From an uncultured Pseudomonadota bacterium (GTDB taxonomy: Bacteria > Pseudomonadota > Gammaproteobacteria > Steroidobacterales > Steroidobacteraceae): a stretch of DNA of 64,000 bases. The stretch covers positions 333,381 through 397,380 of the forward strand of contig CAVSEP010000004.1 of NCBI GenBank assembly GCA_963726995.1, given 5' to 3'. The translations under genes were made by a program, and so were the position numbers. The notes under the pieces are model-generated. The model was not told the DNA's origin and made no database searches. It saw nothing but the letters and a program-made list of their open reading frames with translations. Below, one piece after another: positions 1 to 9,164 of the stretch; position 1 is the stretch's first letter; each line of letters begins with the position of its first letter.

Positions 1-261
1 CACCCGCGCTGCCCCACAGCTGTGAGCGATTGTGTCACGAGACGGGCGTGAATCAGTTCTTGCTGGCGCTGCGCGATAAATCCGCCAATTCCGCATTCAG
101 TGGGCTCCTGTCTCCGCGGCTCGGGCGGGCCATTGGAGTTGTCTCTCGACCGGAGACGGAGCTGCAAAGCCACTAATTCGAGGCGGCGCGGCCCCGGCAG
201 TTCGATGAGTACATCTGGTTCGACCTCACACATGCTGTCACGCCTTTGGCCACCGAGGCAC

Positions 262-624
262 TCACCGGCATGCCCGATACCTATCCATTCGGGCTATGAG
301 GGGAGCGGGCAAGGTGAAGGCACGAACGTTCGGGTCGTTTAGCCGAGTCAAGACAAGGGCCGCTTCCACAATATCGGTTGTGCGGCGGACCCTTGGCAGT
401 GCGTCTGTGAGCTGGAAGATCCCGCGGCGCGCTGCATGACCGGGGTTTGAAGTCCGATCGTCCTGGAGCACATCGCCAAGCATCCAGTAAACCGCATCGA
501 TGAACTCTTGCCCTGGAACCTCGCCGTCATTTTGATCGGCAGATTTCCCGAAGATATCGCGGTCAATCAACGGGCATTTCGGCTGCGCATTTGCCGCACG
601 CCTGGCGCAGTCCAACCGATCCAT
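262..624 (-). CDS. hypothetical protein (no family recognised)
   Basis: 120-aa ORF with balanced amino-acid composition, unlike the Arg/Ala/Pro-rich shadow frames. Its ATG lies 2 nt after the stop of the upstream same-strand gene (627..1769), which suggests co-transcription. Confidence 0.3.
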   Translation of the reverse strand: MDRLDCARRAANAQPKCPLIDRDIFGKSADQNDGEVPGQEFIDAVYWMLGDVLQDDRTSNPGHAARRGIFQLTDALPRVRRTTDIVEAALVLTRLNDPNVRAFTLPAPLIARMDRYRACR

Positions 625-626
625 GG

Positions 627-1769
627 TCAGTTGGGGGGCGTCTCGCTTCGCGATCGGTCAGACTGCCGTGGTGACTGCGGTCGAACGTCGGGATTACCTC
701 GTTGCGTACCCGGATGGTCCGCTGCGGTGCGCCGCGCGTCGGGTGCGCCGCGTTGCTCGGTTCGTGGAGGTGATCTATCCCCATCGTTGCGTCGCGGTCG
801 CGGCAACTCGGCGTTGCGCGGTTGGGTTGCCCCGGGGTGCGGCGGCGTGCCGGAAATGCCGGTGGCCTCGCGTCGATCGGGTGCGGGGGGAACCCGGCGT
901 CGTTCACCGCCAATCGACTGTTCGGGTGGCGAAGCCGTCCGCTGGCGCTCCGCCCCCGGAACACGATTCGATGGTGACGGGGCGTTGGGTGCGCGCGATT
1001 CAGGTCGTGGCCCGGTCGGCCGTGGCCCGGTCGGCCGTTGGGGCTCCGCCGGGCGACGATTGGAATCTCGCGTAGGCGCAGCCGGCGAACCCCAGAGCCG
1101 GCGATCCTCGGACTGGCGCGGGCGAAAGTGATAGTCGCGATCACGCAAGGACTGCTGTTGATCCCGTGAGGGATAGCGATCGCGCGGATAGGCGCGTTGA
1201 TAGTCTGGAAGCGGTGCCCGCGGCGGCGCGGTGCGCCGGTCCCATCGATCCCAGTCGCGGTGGCGTTGCTCCCACTCCCGGCCCCAACGCTCGCCCCAGC
1301 GTGGCGGCGCCAGGGGATTCCAGCCGAGAAAGAACGGCGGTGGCCGCCGATAATATTGCACCGGAACCCGCAGGATGAAATAGGGCACCGCTTCGGGTTC
1401 CACGAGTTCCCACGGGCCGTTATACCACTCGCTCGCATACCAGCGATCATCCACGAACACCCAGTACAGGCCGTCATAGAAGAAGAGATTCGAGTCACCG
1501 TCGGGAGCATAGTAGACAGGATAGCCCGGCACTTCGACCAGCGTTGGGTACACCGGAAGATTGATTCCGATGCTCAATCCCGGCACGCCAAAGCGGATAC
1601 CGACCTGCGCTTCGGCGAGACTCCCGAACCCGAGGAATAGCACCAGCGCCACGGATACCTGCAATGCCTTGGAATGCCAATTCGCTGAGCGCTTGACGCC
1701 GTTCGCCCCACGCCCAAGATCGCAGTCGCACCGTTCGCTGGAACTCATAGGGTTCTCATTGGATTGCAT
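627..1769 (-). CDS. secreted protein: conserved Tyr/Trp/Pro-rich N-terminal domain plus long Arg/Pro/Asp low-complexity tail
   Basis: Signal-like segment ALQVSVALVLFLGFGSLAEA. A globular segment follows (PGYPVYYAPDGDSNLFFYDGLYWVF...WYNGPWELV...PYFILRVPVQYYRRPP), then about 230 aa rich in R/P/D/E/Q, including the tandem RPTGP RPTGP. The start codon is uncertain. Confidence 0.55.
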   Translation of the reverse strand: MQSNENPMSSSERCDCDLGRGANGVKRSANWHSKALQVSVALVLFLGFGSLAEAQVGIRFGVPGLSIGINLPVYPTLVEVPGYPVYYAPDGDSNLFFYDGLYWVFVDDRWYASEWYNGPWELVEPEAVPYFILRVPVQYYRRPPPFFLGWNPLAPPRWGERWGREWEQRHRDWDRWDRRTAPPRAPLPDYQRAYPRDRYPSRDQQQSLRDRDYHFRPRQSEDRRLWGSPAAPTRDSNRRPAEPQRPTGPRPTGPRPESRAPNAPSPSNRVPGAERQRTASPPEQSIGGERRRVPPAPDRREATGISGTPPHPGATQPRNAELPRPRRNDGDRSPPRTEQRGAPDARRTAADHPGTQRGNPDVRPQSPRQSDRSRSETPPN

Positions 1770-1885
1770 GACTCGGGTGCCCCTTCAATTGATTCCAAAC
1801 GACGCAGTGACATGCGAAAAGAATGGTACGGGGACTTGCGCGCGGCAATGCGTAGAATTACCTAAGCTGTTGGATAGGTCATGGC

Positions 1886-3100
1886 TTATCGCACCGCGCC
1901 TGGCACCTGAGTCACTGCGACGCGCGCGTTATCACGCAGGGCATCGCTCGGATAGACGACCACGCGGTCACCCTCATTGAGTCCGGACAGCACTTCGGCA
2001 TCGCGGTCATTGCGATGGCCGACGCTCACCTGCACCAGGCGTGCGCGGTGCTCCGGGCTGATGAGATACACCTGCCAGCGCTCCCCGGCACGAAACAGCG
2101 CGCCAGTGGGAACCGTCAACGCCTTGTCTGCTCCGTACACCTGGATCTGGGCATCCAGTCGATAGCCTTCACCGAGCGTTTCCCAGTCCTTGCGGGGCGA
2201 GACGATGTCCACCAATACGTTGACGCGTTGCTCCTCGACACCCAGTGCTGACACCTTAGTAAAGCCCCAGGGTTCGACGCGCCGCACACGTCCGTTCAAC
2301 GGCGCGGGACCGCCCCAATTGATGAGCCGGACTGAAGCGCCCGCGACCACTGGAGGAGCCTCGGTGGTCAGTAGTTCGATCAAGACCTCCAAATTGAGGG
2401 GCTCCCCTAATTCAAGCAGTGGTGTACCGACGCTTACCGTTCCCGCGCTCTTTTGCTGCACTCGCAAGACGCGCCCGGCGACCGGCGCAATCACCAGCCA
2501 CACCGCACCGCTGTCCGCGGCGGGGGCCCGGGCGCGTGCCAGGGCCGCCACCGCGATGTCGATCTCGTGCAGCGCGACGTGCGCGTCCGCCCGCGAAGTC
2601 TCCAGCTCCTGGGTGGCTATGGCCAGTGCCAGTTCATCGGCCTCGAGCTTGGACACCGCAATCAGATGGCTGGTGGCGAGCTGGCGGCTGCGTTCGGCGT
2701 CACGCCGGGCCTGCGTCACGGCAACCGCGCTACGCGCGACGCGTGCATCTGCAGCTTCCTTGGCGGCGCGCGCCGCCTCTACGCGACGGCGCAGTTCCAG
2801 CTCGGTGCGATTGTCGAGCAGCGCCGGTAACACCGGATGTAAACGAGCGAGCAGGGTGCCGCTCGCCACATCATCTCCCTCTCGCAGCGTGATCCGCTCA
2901 AGTTCACCGTTGAGTGGCGCCGTCACTGCGTAGTGATCCCGGATCCGGGTCTTCGCCTGTTCGTCGACAGTCTGTTCAAACGGGCCGCGCCGCACCACTG
3001 CGCTCTCCACGCTGATCGGTGCGGGAACGAGCGCCCAGGCGATCAAGGCGCCCAGCAGGAGCAGGGCCAGACCGATCCATACCAATTGACGGCGACTCAT
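1886..3100 (-). CDS. HlyD/MacA-type periplasmic adaptor (membrane fusion protein)
   Basis: N-terminal TM segment (LVWIGLALLLLGALIAWALV), a long Ala/Arg/Glu coiled-coil middle and beta-barrel-like ends. It sits 3 nt downstream of the FtsX permease gene. Confidence 0.85.
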   Translation of the reverse strand: MSRRQLVWIGLALLLLGALIAWALVPAPISVESAVVRRGPFEQTVDEQAKTRIRDHYAVTAPLNGELERITLREGDDVASGTLLARLHPVLPALLDNRTELELRRRVEAARAAKEAADARVARSAVAVTQARRDAERSRQLATSHLIAVSKLEADELALAIATQELETSRADAHVALHEIDIAVAALARARAPAADSGAVWLVIAPVAGRVLRVQQKSAGTVSVGTPLLELGEPLNLEVLIELLTTEAPPVVAGASVRLINWGGPAPLNGRVRRVEPWGFTKVSALGVEEQRVNVLVDIVSPRKDWETLGEGYRLDAQIQVYGADKALTVPTGALFRAGERWQVYLISPEHRARLVQVSVGHRNDRDAEVLSGLNEGDRVVVYPSDALRDNARVAVTQVPGAVR

Positions 3101-3103
3101 GCG

Positions 3104-5464
3104 TTACTCCCGCGTCTTCAGGGCGCTGACCAGATCCAGGGCATCGATCCGGCGCCTCACAATCAGCGCACTCAACAGTCCGGAGGCCAGGATCGCGACG
3201 ATCGCGATGGCATAGGTCTTTGGCGCAATGATCACCGGAATGCGAAAGGTATCGCTGTGCATGGCATCGGTCAGAAACAATGCGAGTCCGTAGCCCAGCC
3301 AAAGCCCGAGCGGAATCCCCACCGCCACTTCCAGCGCGAGTTCCCCGAGCAGAAAGCTGGAGACTTCGCCGCGCCTGAATCCCAGCACCCGTAGGCTTGC
3401 GAGTTCCCAGGCACGCTCCGCGAGGGCAATGCGCGCGCTGTTGTAGACGACGCCCACGGCAATGGTTGCGGCGAAGATGGTAAAGATGGAGGTGAATACC
3501 AGGACATTGCGCGCGGAAGTTTCGCGGAAGCTCTGCAGCGAATTGGTCTTGATCGCAATCGTGGCGATCCCCGGGGTCTGCTTAATACGCGAAAAGAGCG
3601 CCTGGCTCTGTCTGGGATCCAGCCGGATATCCATTGCCGAGATGGCATCGGCCTCCCCCATGAGGCGATTGAGGGCGGTGCGATTCATGTACCCCACCAG
3701 GGCGAAGAGATCCTTGACCACCCCTTCCACTCGAACGTCGCTCTGGATGCGGCTTCCCTCCAGCGCCTCGACACGCACGAAGTCGCCCGCCCGAACGTTC
3801 AGTCGCTCCGCCAGGCGACTGGATAACAGGATTCCGGTCGATGGGATCTGCACCGGCCGACCTGCCTCATCCAGGGTCCGCCGCAGCGCCGAACCGGCGT
3901 TCAACCCCAAAATGGCCGTCCGAAAGACATGGGGGCCAGCGCGCAGCTGCACGGCGACACTGCGGTAGGGTTCGGCCTGCATGACACCCGGTAAGCGCTC
4001 GATCTCGTAGCGCGTGGCCGCCATGCGCGGGTTCACCAGTGCGACCACGGCGTCGCTGCGCTCCACGGCATTGAATTGAATATCGACCATGTAGTTGATC
4101 GCATCCCACCAGAATGTTCCTGAGACGATCAGCGCCACGGAGGCGGCGATGCCAACGGCGGCCAGGAGCGAGCGCACGGGCCGCCGCTCGAGGTTGCGCA
4201 GAACCATGCGTGCGGACATCGGTAGCCAGCCTGCCACGCCCAGCCGCTCCAGCAGCAGGCGTCGATACCGGGGTGGTGAGGGCGGCCGCATCGCCTGGGC
4301 CGGAGAGAGCCGCACGACGTTGCGAATGGCGAGCAGCGCCCCGCCGACCGCCGCCAGCAAGGTGACTCCTGCAGCGATGGCGACCAGCGCCGGCTCCAGA
4401 CGAAACGGCGCCTCAGGGAAGTGGAAGAAGGCGCTGTACATTCCGGTCATATATCGGCCGAACCAGGCGCCGACGCCGACGCCCAGCAACAGGCCGCACA
4501 GCACCACGATGGCGACAAACTGCAGGTAGTGCACGACGATCGCGCCGTTGGCGTACCCGAGGGCCTTGAGGGCGGCGATCTGCTCGCGCTGGACCGCGAT
4601 TTGCCGGCCGAGCACTACGTTGAGCAGGAATGCCGCCACCCAGATGAAGATCGCCGGCATCACCGTCCCGAGCACCCGCTGCTGGTTCATTTCCTGGGTG
4701 ACGATCTTGTGAGAGATCTGATCGCGCCGCGCGTAGGCGCCGCGTCCCCCAAAGGGTCGCAACAGCACATCGAGAGTGGCAAGTACGTCGGGCTCGGAGG
4801 CGGCCGGTGAGAGGCGCACACTCACGTGATTGAACGCATCCTTCAGGTCAAACGCACTCGCGAGGCGCTCCTCGTCCACCCAGAACACCCCGAGTCCCTT
4901 GGGATCTGGAAAGGCGCCGCCCTGCGAGGGATTGATGTATTCCGGGGAGAGGCCGATGCCGACGATGGTGAGCGACTCACGTTTGCCGTTCAGAAGGACC
5001 GAAACGGTATCCCCCGGTCTCAACTGCCGCGCAGCCGCGAAGCCTTCATCGACCAGGGCTTCCAAGCCTGCCGCGCGCTCAATCATACGCCCGCGCCGGA
5101 TATGAAGGCGGTTGAGGCGCGGTCCATCGCCCGGAGGCGTGCCCACCAAGCGGGCAATCAAAGGTTCCGCCACGCCCGCGACCATCAATTGGCTCGACGC
5201 CTCCACGTTGGCTTCCGCTTCATCCACGCCGGGAATGTCAGCGATCTGCCGCAGGAGCGACTCCGGGGCGCGCTTGAGGTCGACGAATACGTGCGCGAAG
5301 CGCGCCGTCTCATAGAATGTATCGCGTGCCCGTTGCAGCGCATGGTAGGTGCCCAGACTGCCGAAGAATCCACCGGTAGCGGAAGCGACCACTAACGCAA
5401 TGGTGAGCACCTGACCCTTCATGGCCAGCAGGTCGCGTCCGAGCTTGCGTTGCAGCATGCTCAC
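3104..5464 (-). CDS. duplicated FtsX/MacB-family ABC transporter permease (two FtsX modules, 786 aa)
   Basis: Two repeats of TM1, a large extracytoplasmic domain and three TMs. The conserved FtsX segments (ALKALGY..., [11 protein letters not shown]...) each occur once per half. ATGA overlap with the upstream ATPase gene. Confidence 0.9.
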   Translation of the reverse strand: MSMLQRKLGRDLLAMKGQVLTIALVVASATGGFFGSLGTYHALQRARDTFYETARFAHVFVDLKRAPESLLRQIADIPGVDEAEANVEASSQLMVAGVAEPLIARLVGTPPGDGPRLNRLHIRRGRMIERAAGLEALVDEGFAAARQLRPGDTVSVLLNGKRESLTIVGIGLSPEYINPSQGGAFPDPKGLGVFWVDEERLASAFDLKDAFNHVSVRLSPAASEPDVLATLDVLLRPFGGRGAYARRDQISHKIVTQEMNQQRVLGTVMPAIFIWVAAFLLNVVLGRQIAVQREQIAALKALGYANGAIVVHYLQFVAIVVLCGLLLGVGVGAWFGRYMTGMYSAFFHFPEAPFRLEPALVAIAAGVTLLAAVGGALLAIRNVVRLSPAQAMRPPSPPRYRRLLLERLGVAGWLPMSARMVLRNLERRPVRSLLAAVGIAASVALIVSGTFWWDAINYMVDIQFNAVERSDAVVALVNPRMAATRYEIERLPGVMQAEPYRSVAVQLRAGPHVFRTAILGLNAGSALRRTLDEAGRPVQIPSTGILLSSRLAERLNVRAGDFVRVEALEGSRIQSDVRVEGVVKDLFALVGYMNRTALNRLMGEADAISAMDIRLDPRQSQALFSRIKQTPGIATIAIKTNSLQSFRETSARNVLVFTSIFTIFAATIAVGVVYNSARIALAERAWELASLRVLGFRRGEVSSFLLGELALEVAVGIPLGLWLGYGLALFLTDAMHSDTFRIPVIIAPKTYAIAIVAILASGLLSALIVRRRIDALDLVSALKTRE

Positions 5465-6189
5465 CAGGTGAGCTCCGCCGGGCGCACCTTGGCGGCGTTG
5501 CGCTCTTCGGAGGCGATCCTGCCGTCCATCAGATGCAAGACCCGATCAGCCATGCGTCCGATCACAACATTGTGCGTGATCACGACCGTCGTGGTCCCGA
5601 GTTCCGCATTGATGCGCACGATTGCCTCGAGCACCAGCCGCCCGGTCTCGTGATCAAGCGCACCGGTGGGCTCATCACAAAGCAAGAGTTCGGGGCGCTT
5701 GACGATCGCGCGCGCAATGGCCACGCGCTGCTGTTCGCCGCCGGAGAGTTGAGAGGGAAAGTGATCGAGTCGGGAAGACAGGCCGACCCAATCGAGCGCC
5801 TCCTCAGGACGCATTGGTGAGACAGCGATCTCCGTCACCAGCGCGACGTTCTCGCGCACTGTGAGGCTTGGGATCAGGTTATAGAACTGAAACACGAAAC
5901 CGACATGATCGCGCCGGTACCGGGTGAGCTCCGCTTCCGATGCGTGGCTCAAGTCGTGATCGCGCCACACCGCGCTGCCACGAGTCGGCGTGTCGAGTCC
6001 GCCGAGGATGTTGAGCAGGGTGGACTTCCCACTTCCGGAGGGGCCCAAGAGCACCACAAACTCCCCCCGATCAATGTCGAGGTCAACACCCGTCAGGGCA
6101 TGCACGACGACCTCGCCCATTACGTAGTCTTTGGCGAGGCCGCGGGCGGTCAGGACCCGCCGGGGTTCAGATGGAAGGATGGCATTCAC
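5461..6189 (-). CDS. ABC transporter ATP-binding protein (MacB/LolD-like)
   Basis: Walker [10 protein letters not shown], signature [14 protein letters not shown] and Walker [13 protein letters not shown]. The track ORF extends to 6264. An in-frame GTG at 6189 has a GGAG about 10 nt upstream and looks more likely. Confidence 0.9.
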   Translation of the reverse strand: MNAILPSEPRRVLTARGLAKDYVMGEVVVHALTGVDLDIDRGEFVVLLGPSGSGKSTLLNILGGLDTPTRGSAVWRDHDLSHASEAELTRYRRDHVGFVFQFYNLIPSLTVRENVALVTEIAVSPMRPEEALDWVGLSSRLDHFPSQLSGGEQQRVAIARAIVKRPELLLCDEPTGALDHETGRLVLEAIVRINAELGTTTVVITHNVVIGRMADRVLHLMDGRIASEERNAAKVRPAELTW

Positions 6190-6316
6190 CGATACTGAAC
6201 TCCGGCCGAACAGTCTTCTTCGATGCCGCAGCCGACATCGAGGACGAATAATTGAGGAGAGCACTTGATCATGACGCGTCGCGTGCCGGCGGATAGAACA
6301 TCCGGATCCCTAAAGC

Positions 6317-6562
6317 CTACTTGCCCATGGGCGCCTCCGCAGGAGGTCCCTTCATCAATTCAGAGCGACATTCTGTGAAAGGCTTGTCAGAGCGCAGACA
6401 CGTGGCCATCCGGTCGCGCCGTTCGGCCATTTTTGCGCGAAGATCCTTGGAGAGCTCAGGCGCTGACGGCGGCGGCGCTGCCTGCGCAAGGGCGAAGCTT
6501 GACATTATGCTTGAGGCGGCTGCTCCCCAGACAAACCCACAGGGCGGCTGTCGTGCAGACAT
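6317..6562 (-). CDS. small putative periplasmic protein
   Basis: 81-aa ORF with a signal-like segment (AAASSIMSSFALAQA) and a charged mature part with 2 Cys. Same strand as the ABC ATPase and 52 nt upstream of it. Confidence 0.4.
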   Translation of the reverse strand: MSARQPPCGFVWGAAASSIMSSFALAQAAPPPSAPELSKDLRAKMAERRDRMATCLRSDKPFTECRSELMKGPPAEAPMGK

Positions 6563-6762
6563 CTTTCACTTACTCCCATTGCGGAACGGATTCCTCCGAT
6601 CAAGAATATCGGCCCGAACTAGACCGGCGTCTGTACGGATACTTACTTACGAGCTGATAAACATGCCGGCATGCCATTGGTGCCTCCTGACCGATGCGCC
6701 AGACACACGTAGATCCGCTCTCAGTGGACACCCGTGCGACAACCTTCGCGACCTCCAGGCAC

Positions 6763-7647
6763 TTAAAGGTGGTTGGAAGCCCTTAAGGCCTCGGCAAGCA
6801 GCGAGGTCACGGTGATGGCGTTACTGGGATGCGCCAGCGTGTCGGTGGAGACGATCCGCGCCGCTGCCGCCGACGTTGTGGCAAACGCGTCCCCTCCGAA
6901 GATCGCGTGCACCACCACGCAGATAGGGGCGGGAAAACCCTGTTTGCGTAATGCGTCGCTGGCGGCGATCAGGGTACGTCCGGAAGAGGCGATATCATCA
7001 ATGAGGACTGGCTGGCGTCCGCTATAATGTGCAAGGCGCGGGGCCGCGATCTCGACGGCCCGATCATCCCGCCGCTGCTTCGCGAGGACCGCGTACGGTG
7101 CGTGGGCCACAGCCGCAATCTCCGCCGCCCATTGCTCGCTTTCGGCGTCAGGGCCAATGATCAGCGGCTTGGCCACCTCTCGTGCGATCCATTCGCCGAT
7201 CAGAGGCGCCGCATGCAGCACGACACAAGGAATGTCATAGAGTTCGTTCAAATGTGCGAAACGATGGAGATGCGGATCAACCGTCACTAGACGATCCACG
7301 GTTGAGGAAATCAGACGCGCGAACGTGCGCGACGTGATCGCCTCGCCAACGCGAAAGCGAGCGTCCTGGCGCATATAGCCCAAATAAGGCGCCACGAGGG
7401 TGACTTCTGCGGCGCCCAAATCCCTGGCAGCGTCAGCCACAAAGGCAAGTGTCAGAAAATGCTGGTCGGCGTTCGGGCAGACTATGTCGACGGGCCGACC
7501 CTTCGGGTCGGCGGCGATCCGTACGTAGCGTTCGGCGTCTGGAAAGCGCCGAAACTCTAGCACGCCAAGTTCGAAGCCTCCCGCGACGGCCAATTTGGCC
7601 GAGAAGACTTCGCTTCCGGGAAGCGGTAGAAGCAGTCGCAAGGTCAC
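6763..7647 (-). CDS. ribose-phosphate pyrophosphokinase (Prs) family protein, divergent
   Basis: Prs-like layout: FPDAERYVRI, VAPYLGYMRQDARF (compare PY.aYaRQDR), VTVDPHLH, and the PRPP-binding loop VLIDDIASSGRTL. ATGA overlap with the upstream gene. Confidence 0.85.
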   Translation of the reverse strand: MTLRLLLPLPGSEVFSAKLAVAGGFELGVLEFRRFPDAERYVRIAADPKGRPVDIVCPNADQHFLTLAFVADAARDLGAAEVTLVAPYLGYMRQDARFRVGEAITSRTFARLISSTVDRLVTVDPHLHRFAHLNELYDIPCVVLHAAPLIGEWIAREVAKPLIIGPDAESEQWAAEIAAVAHAPYAVLAKQRRDDRAVEIAAPRLAHYSGRQPVLIDDIASSGRTLIAASDALRKQGFPAPICVVVHAIFGGDAFATTSAAAARIVSTDTLAHPSNAITVTSLLAEALRASNHL

Positions 7648-9164
7648 GACTCCAGGCTCAGCATGTCGGGATTGGCGGCGGCGTAGTCCAGCGCGTAGGC
7701 CAGTTCACCAGGGGCCTCTGCGTGGACAGTCAATAGAGGATCACCTATTGCGACCTCGTCTCCCAACCGGACATGCATTTCGATTCCAGCCACTTTGTCA
7801 TCGGGGGCGCCGGCGAGCTTGGCGAGCCGCGACAGGGTACGGTTGTTCATGGTCATCACACGGCCGGAACGGGTCGCCAAGAGCGGCCGGTTGACGGTGG
7901 AACGCGGCGGCTCGCGCAGACCGCCCTGGGCTTCGCAGATCCGCTGGAATTTCGCCCAGGCTCGGCCGTCAGCCAGCGTTTGCTCGGCAAGCCGCGTGCC
8001 CGCGCCGATGGTGCACCGCCCCGCGAGCTCAAGCGCCGCGCCTGCGAGCAGGCAGGCCCGGCGGCGTAAATCCTCTGGGGCGTCCGGCGCGCCTCGCAGT
8101 ACGGCCAGAACGTCGCGCGCCTCCAGGGCCGGGCCGATTCCGCGCCCCACTGGCTGACCGCCATCGGTGCGCACGCATCGCACCATGAGGCCGCACGACG
8201 CCGCCACATTGGTCAGGGCCTCAGCAATGGCGTCAGCATCTTCGTGTGACCGGACCTTCGCCGTCGTACCGACCGGAATGTCGAGCACCACGTGGGTAGA
8301 TCCGGCGGCGATCTTCTTTGATAGCACCGAGGCGACAAGCTGACCTTCCGTGTCGATGTCCAGCACCCTTTCGACCCGGATTAGCACGTCGTCCGCGGGG
8401 CTCAGCCGCACGGCTCCGCCCCACGCGAGACAACCGCCTTCCTGTTCTACCACGCGGCGCATGGTCGGGAGATCTAGGTCGACGGTAGTCAGCGTTTCCA
8501 TGGTGTCAGCCGTGCCGGCCGGCGAGGTGATGGCACGGGAGGAGGTCTTCGGGATAACCAGCCCGTTCGCCGCCACGATGGCCACGATGATTGGAGTGGT
8601 GCGGTTCCCTGGCAGCCCGCCGACGGAATGCTTGTCGGTCACGACTGGCGAATCCCACGTCAGGTGCTCTCCTGCCCGCACCATGGCGCGGGTGAGATGG
8701 AGCACCTCGTCCCTATCCAGGGGCAAAGCCGAGCATGCCGTGAGGAAAGCAGATAGGTGGACATCGGTGTAGCGGCCCGCGGCGACATCGACGATGATCT
8801 CACGCATGGCGGCCTCATCGAGCCGCGTGCCGTACACTCGCCGGCGAACGCTGGACATCGATACGAGAGCCGCCGAGTGTCGCACTTGGATCCGGTCCCC
8901 ATCCGCGACCCCAAGTCTTGCCCACGCCGCCTCCGAGAGGCCCGCCTCATGGACCTGCAAGAGATCGCTGCCGGTGATCTGGTAAAGGGTCGCGGTCACC
9001 TCTCGACCATGGGCCATCAGCAGCACCTGTGAGCGCGGCCCGTGCCCCTCCGACTTGCAGACCGGGCTGTCTTCGCGCATCAGCACGATGGCGTCGTGTT
9101 GCGACAGCAGACCAAGTCGACGGGCGGTCAAGGTGGGCAGAGCCGACTGTTGACCGTTGGTCAC
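7644..9164 (-). CDS. thymidine phosphorylase family protein of the long (about 500 aa) AMP-phosphorylase-like type
   Basis: Motifs DKHSVGGLPGNRTTPIIVAIVAANG and KTSSRAITSPAGTADTMETL, plus an extra N-terminal domain of about 90 aa. The track start is 9176. An in-frame GTG at 9164 forms a GTGA overlap with the MBL gene stop. Confidence 0.85.
   Translation of the reverse strand: MTNGQQSALPTLTARRLGLLSQHDAIVLMREDSPVCKSEGHGPRSQVLLMAHGREVTATLYQITGSDLLQVHEAGLSEAAWARLGVADGDRIQVRHSAALVSMSSVRRRVYGTRLDEAAMREIIVDVAAGRYTDVHLSAFLTACSALPLDRDEVLHLTRAMVRAGEHLTWDSPVVTDKHSVGGLPGNRTTPIIVAIVAANGLVIPKTSSRAITSPAGTADTMETLTTVDLDLPTMRRVVEQEGGCLAWGGAVRLSPADDVLIRVERVLDIDTEGQLVASVLSKKIAAGSTHVVLDIPVGTTAKVRSHEDADAIAEALTNVAASCGLMVRCVRTDGGQPVGRGIGPALEARDVLAVLRGAPDAPEDLRRRACLLAGAALELAGRCTIGAGTRLAEQTLADGRAWAKFQRICEAQGGLREPPRSTVNRPLLATRSGRVMTMNNRTLSRLAKLAGAPDDKVAGIEMHVRLGDEVAIGDPLLTVHAEAPGELAYALDYAAANPDMLSLES

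Noticed and set aside
3-299. Open frame at the left edge (…CERLCHETGVNQFLLALRDKSANSAFSGLLSPRLGRAIGVVSRPETELQSH*FEAARPRQFDEYIWFDLTHAVTPLATEALTGMPDTYPFGL*) with an in-frame TAA at 174-176. Possibly a gene remnant or two short ORFs.
   Set aside because: No family recognised. It is too short and truncated by the window edge, and I cannot tell a pseudogene from chance ORFs.
6662-6673. The perfect 12-nt palindromes CATGCCGGCATG (6662-6673) and GGCCTGCAGGCC (18018-18029) as protein-binding sites.
   Set aside because: Short GC-rich palindromes are expected by chance in this composition. They are mentioned only as candidates inside other findings and are not called as features.
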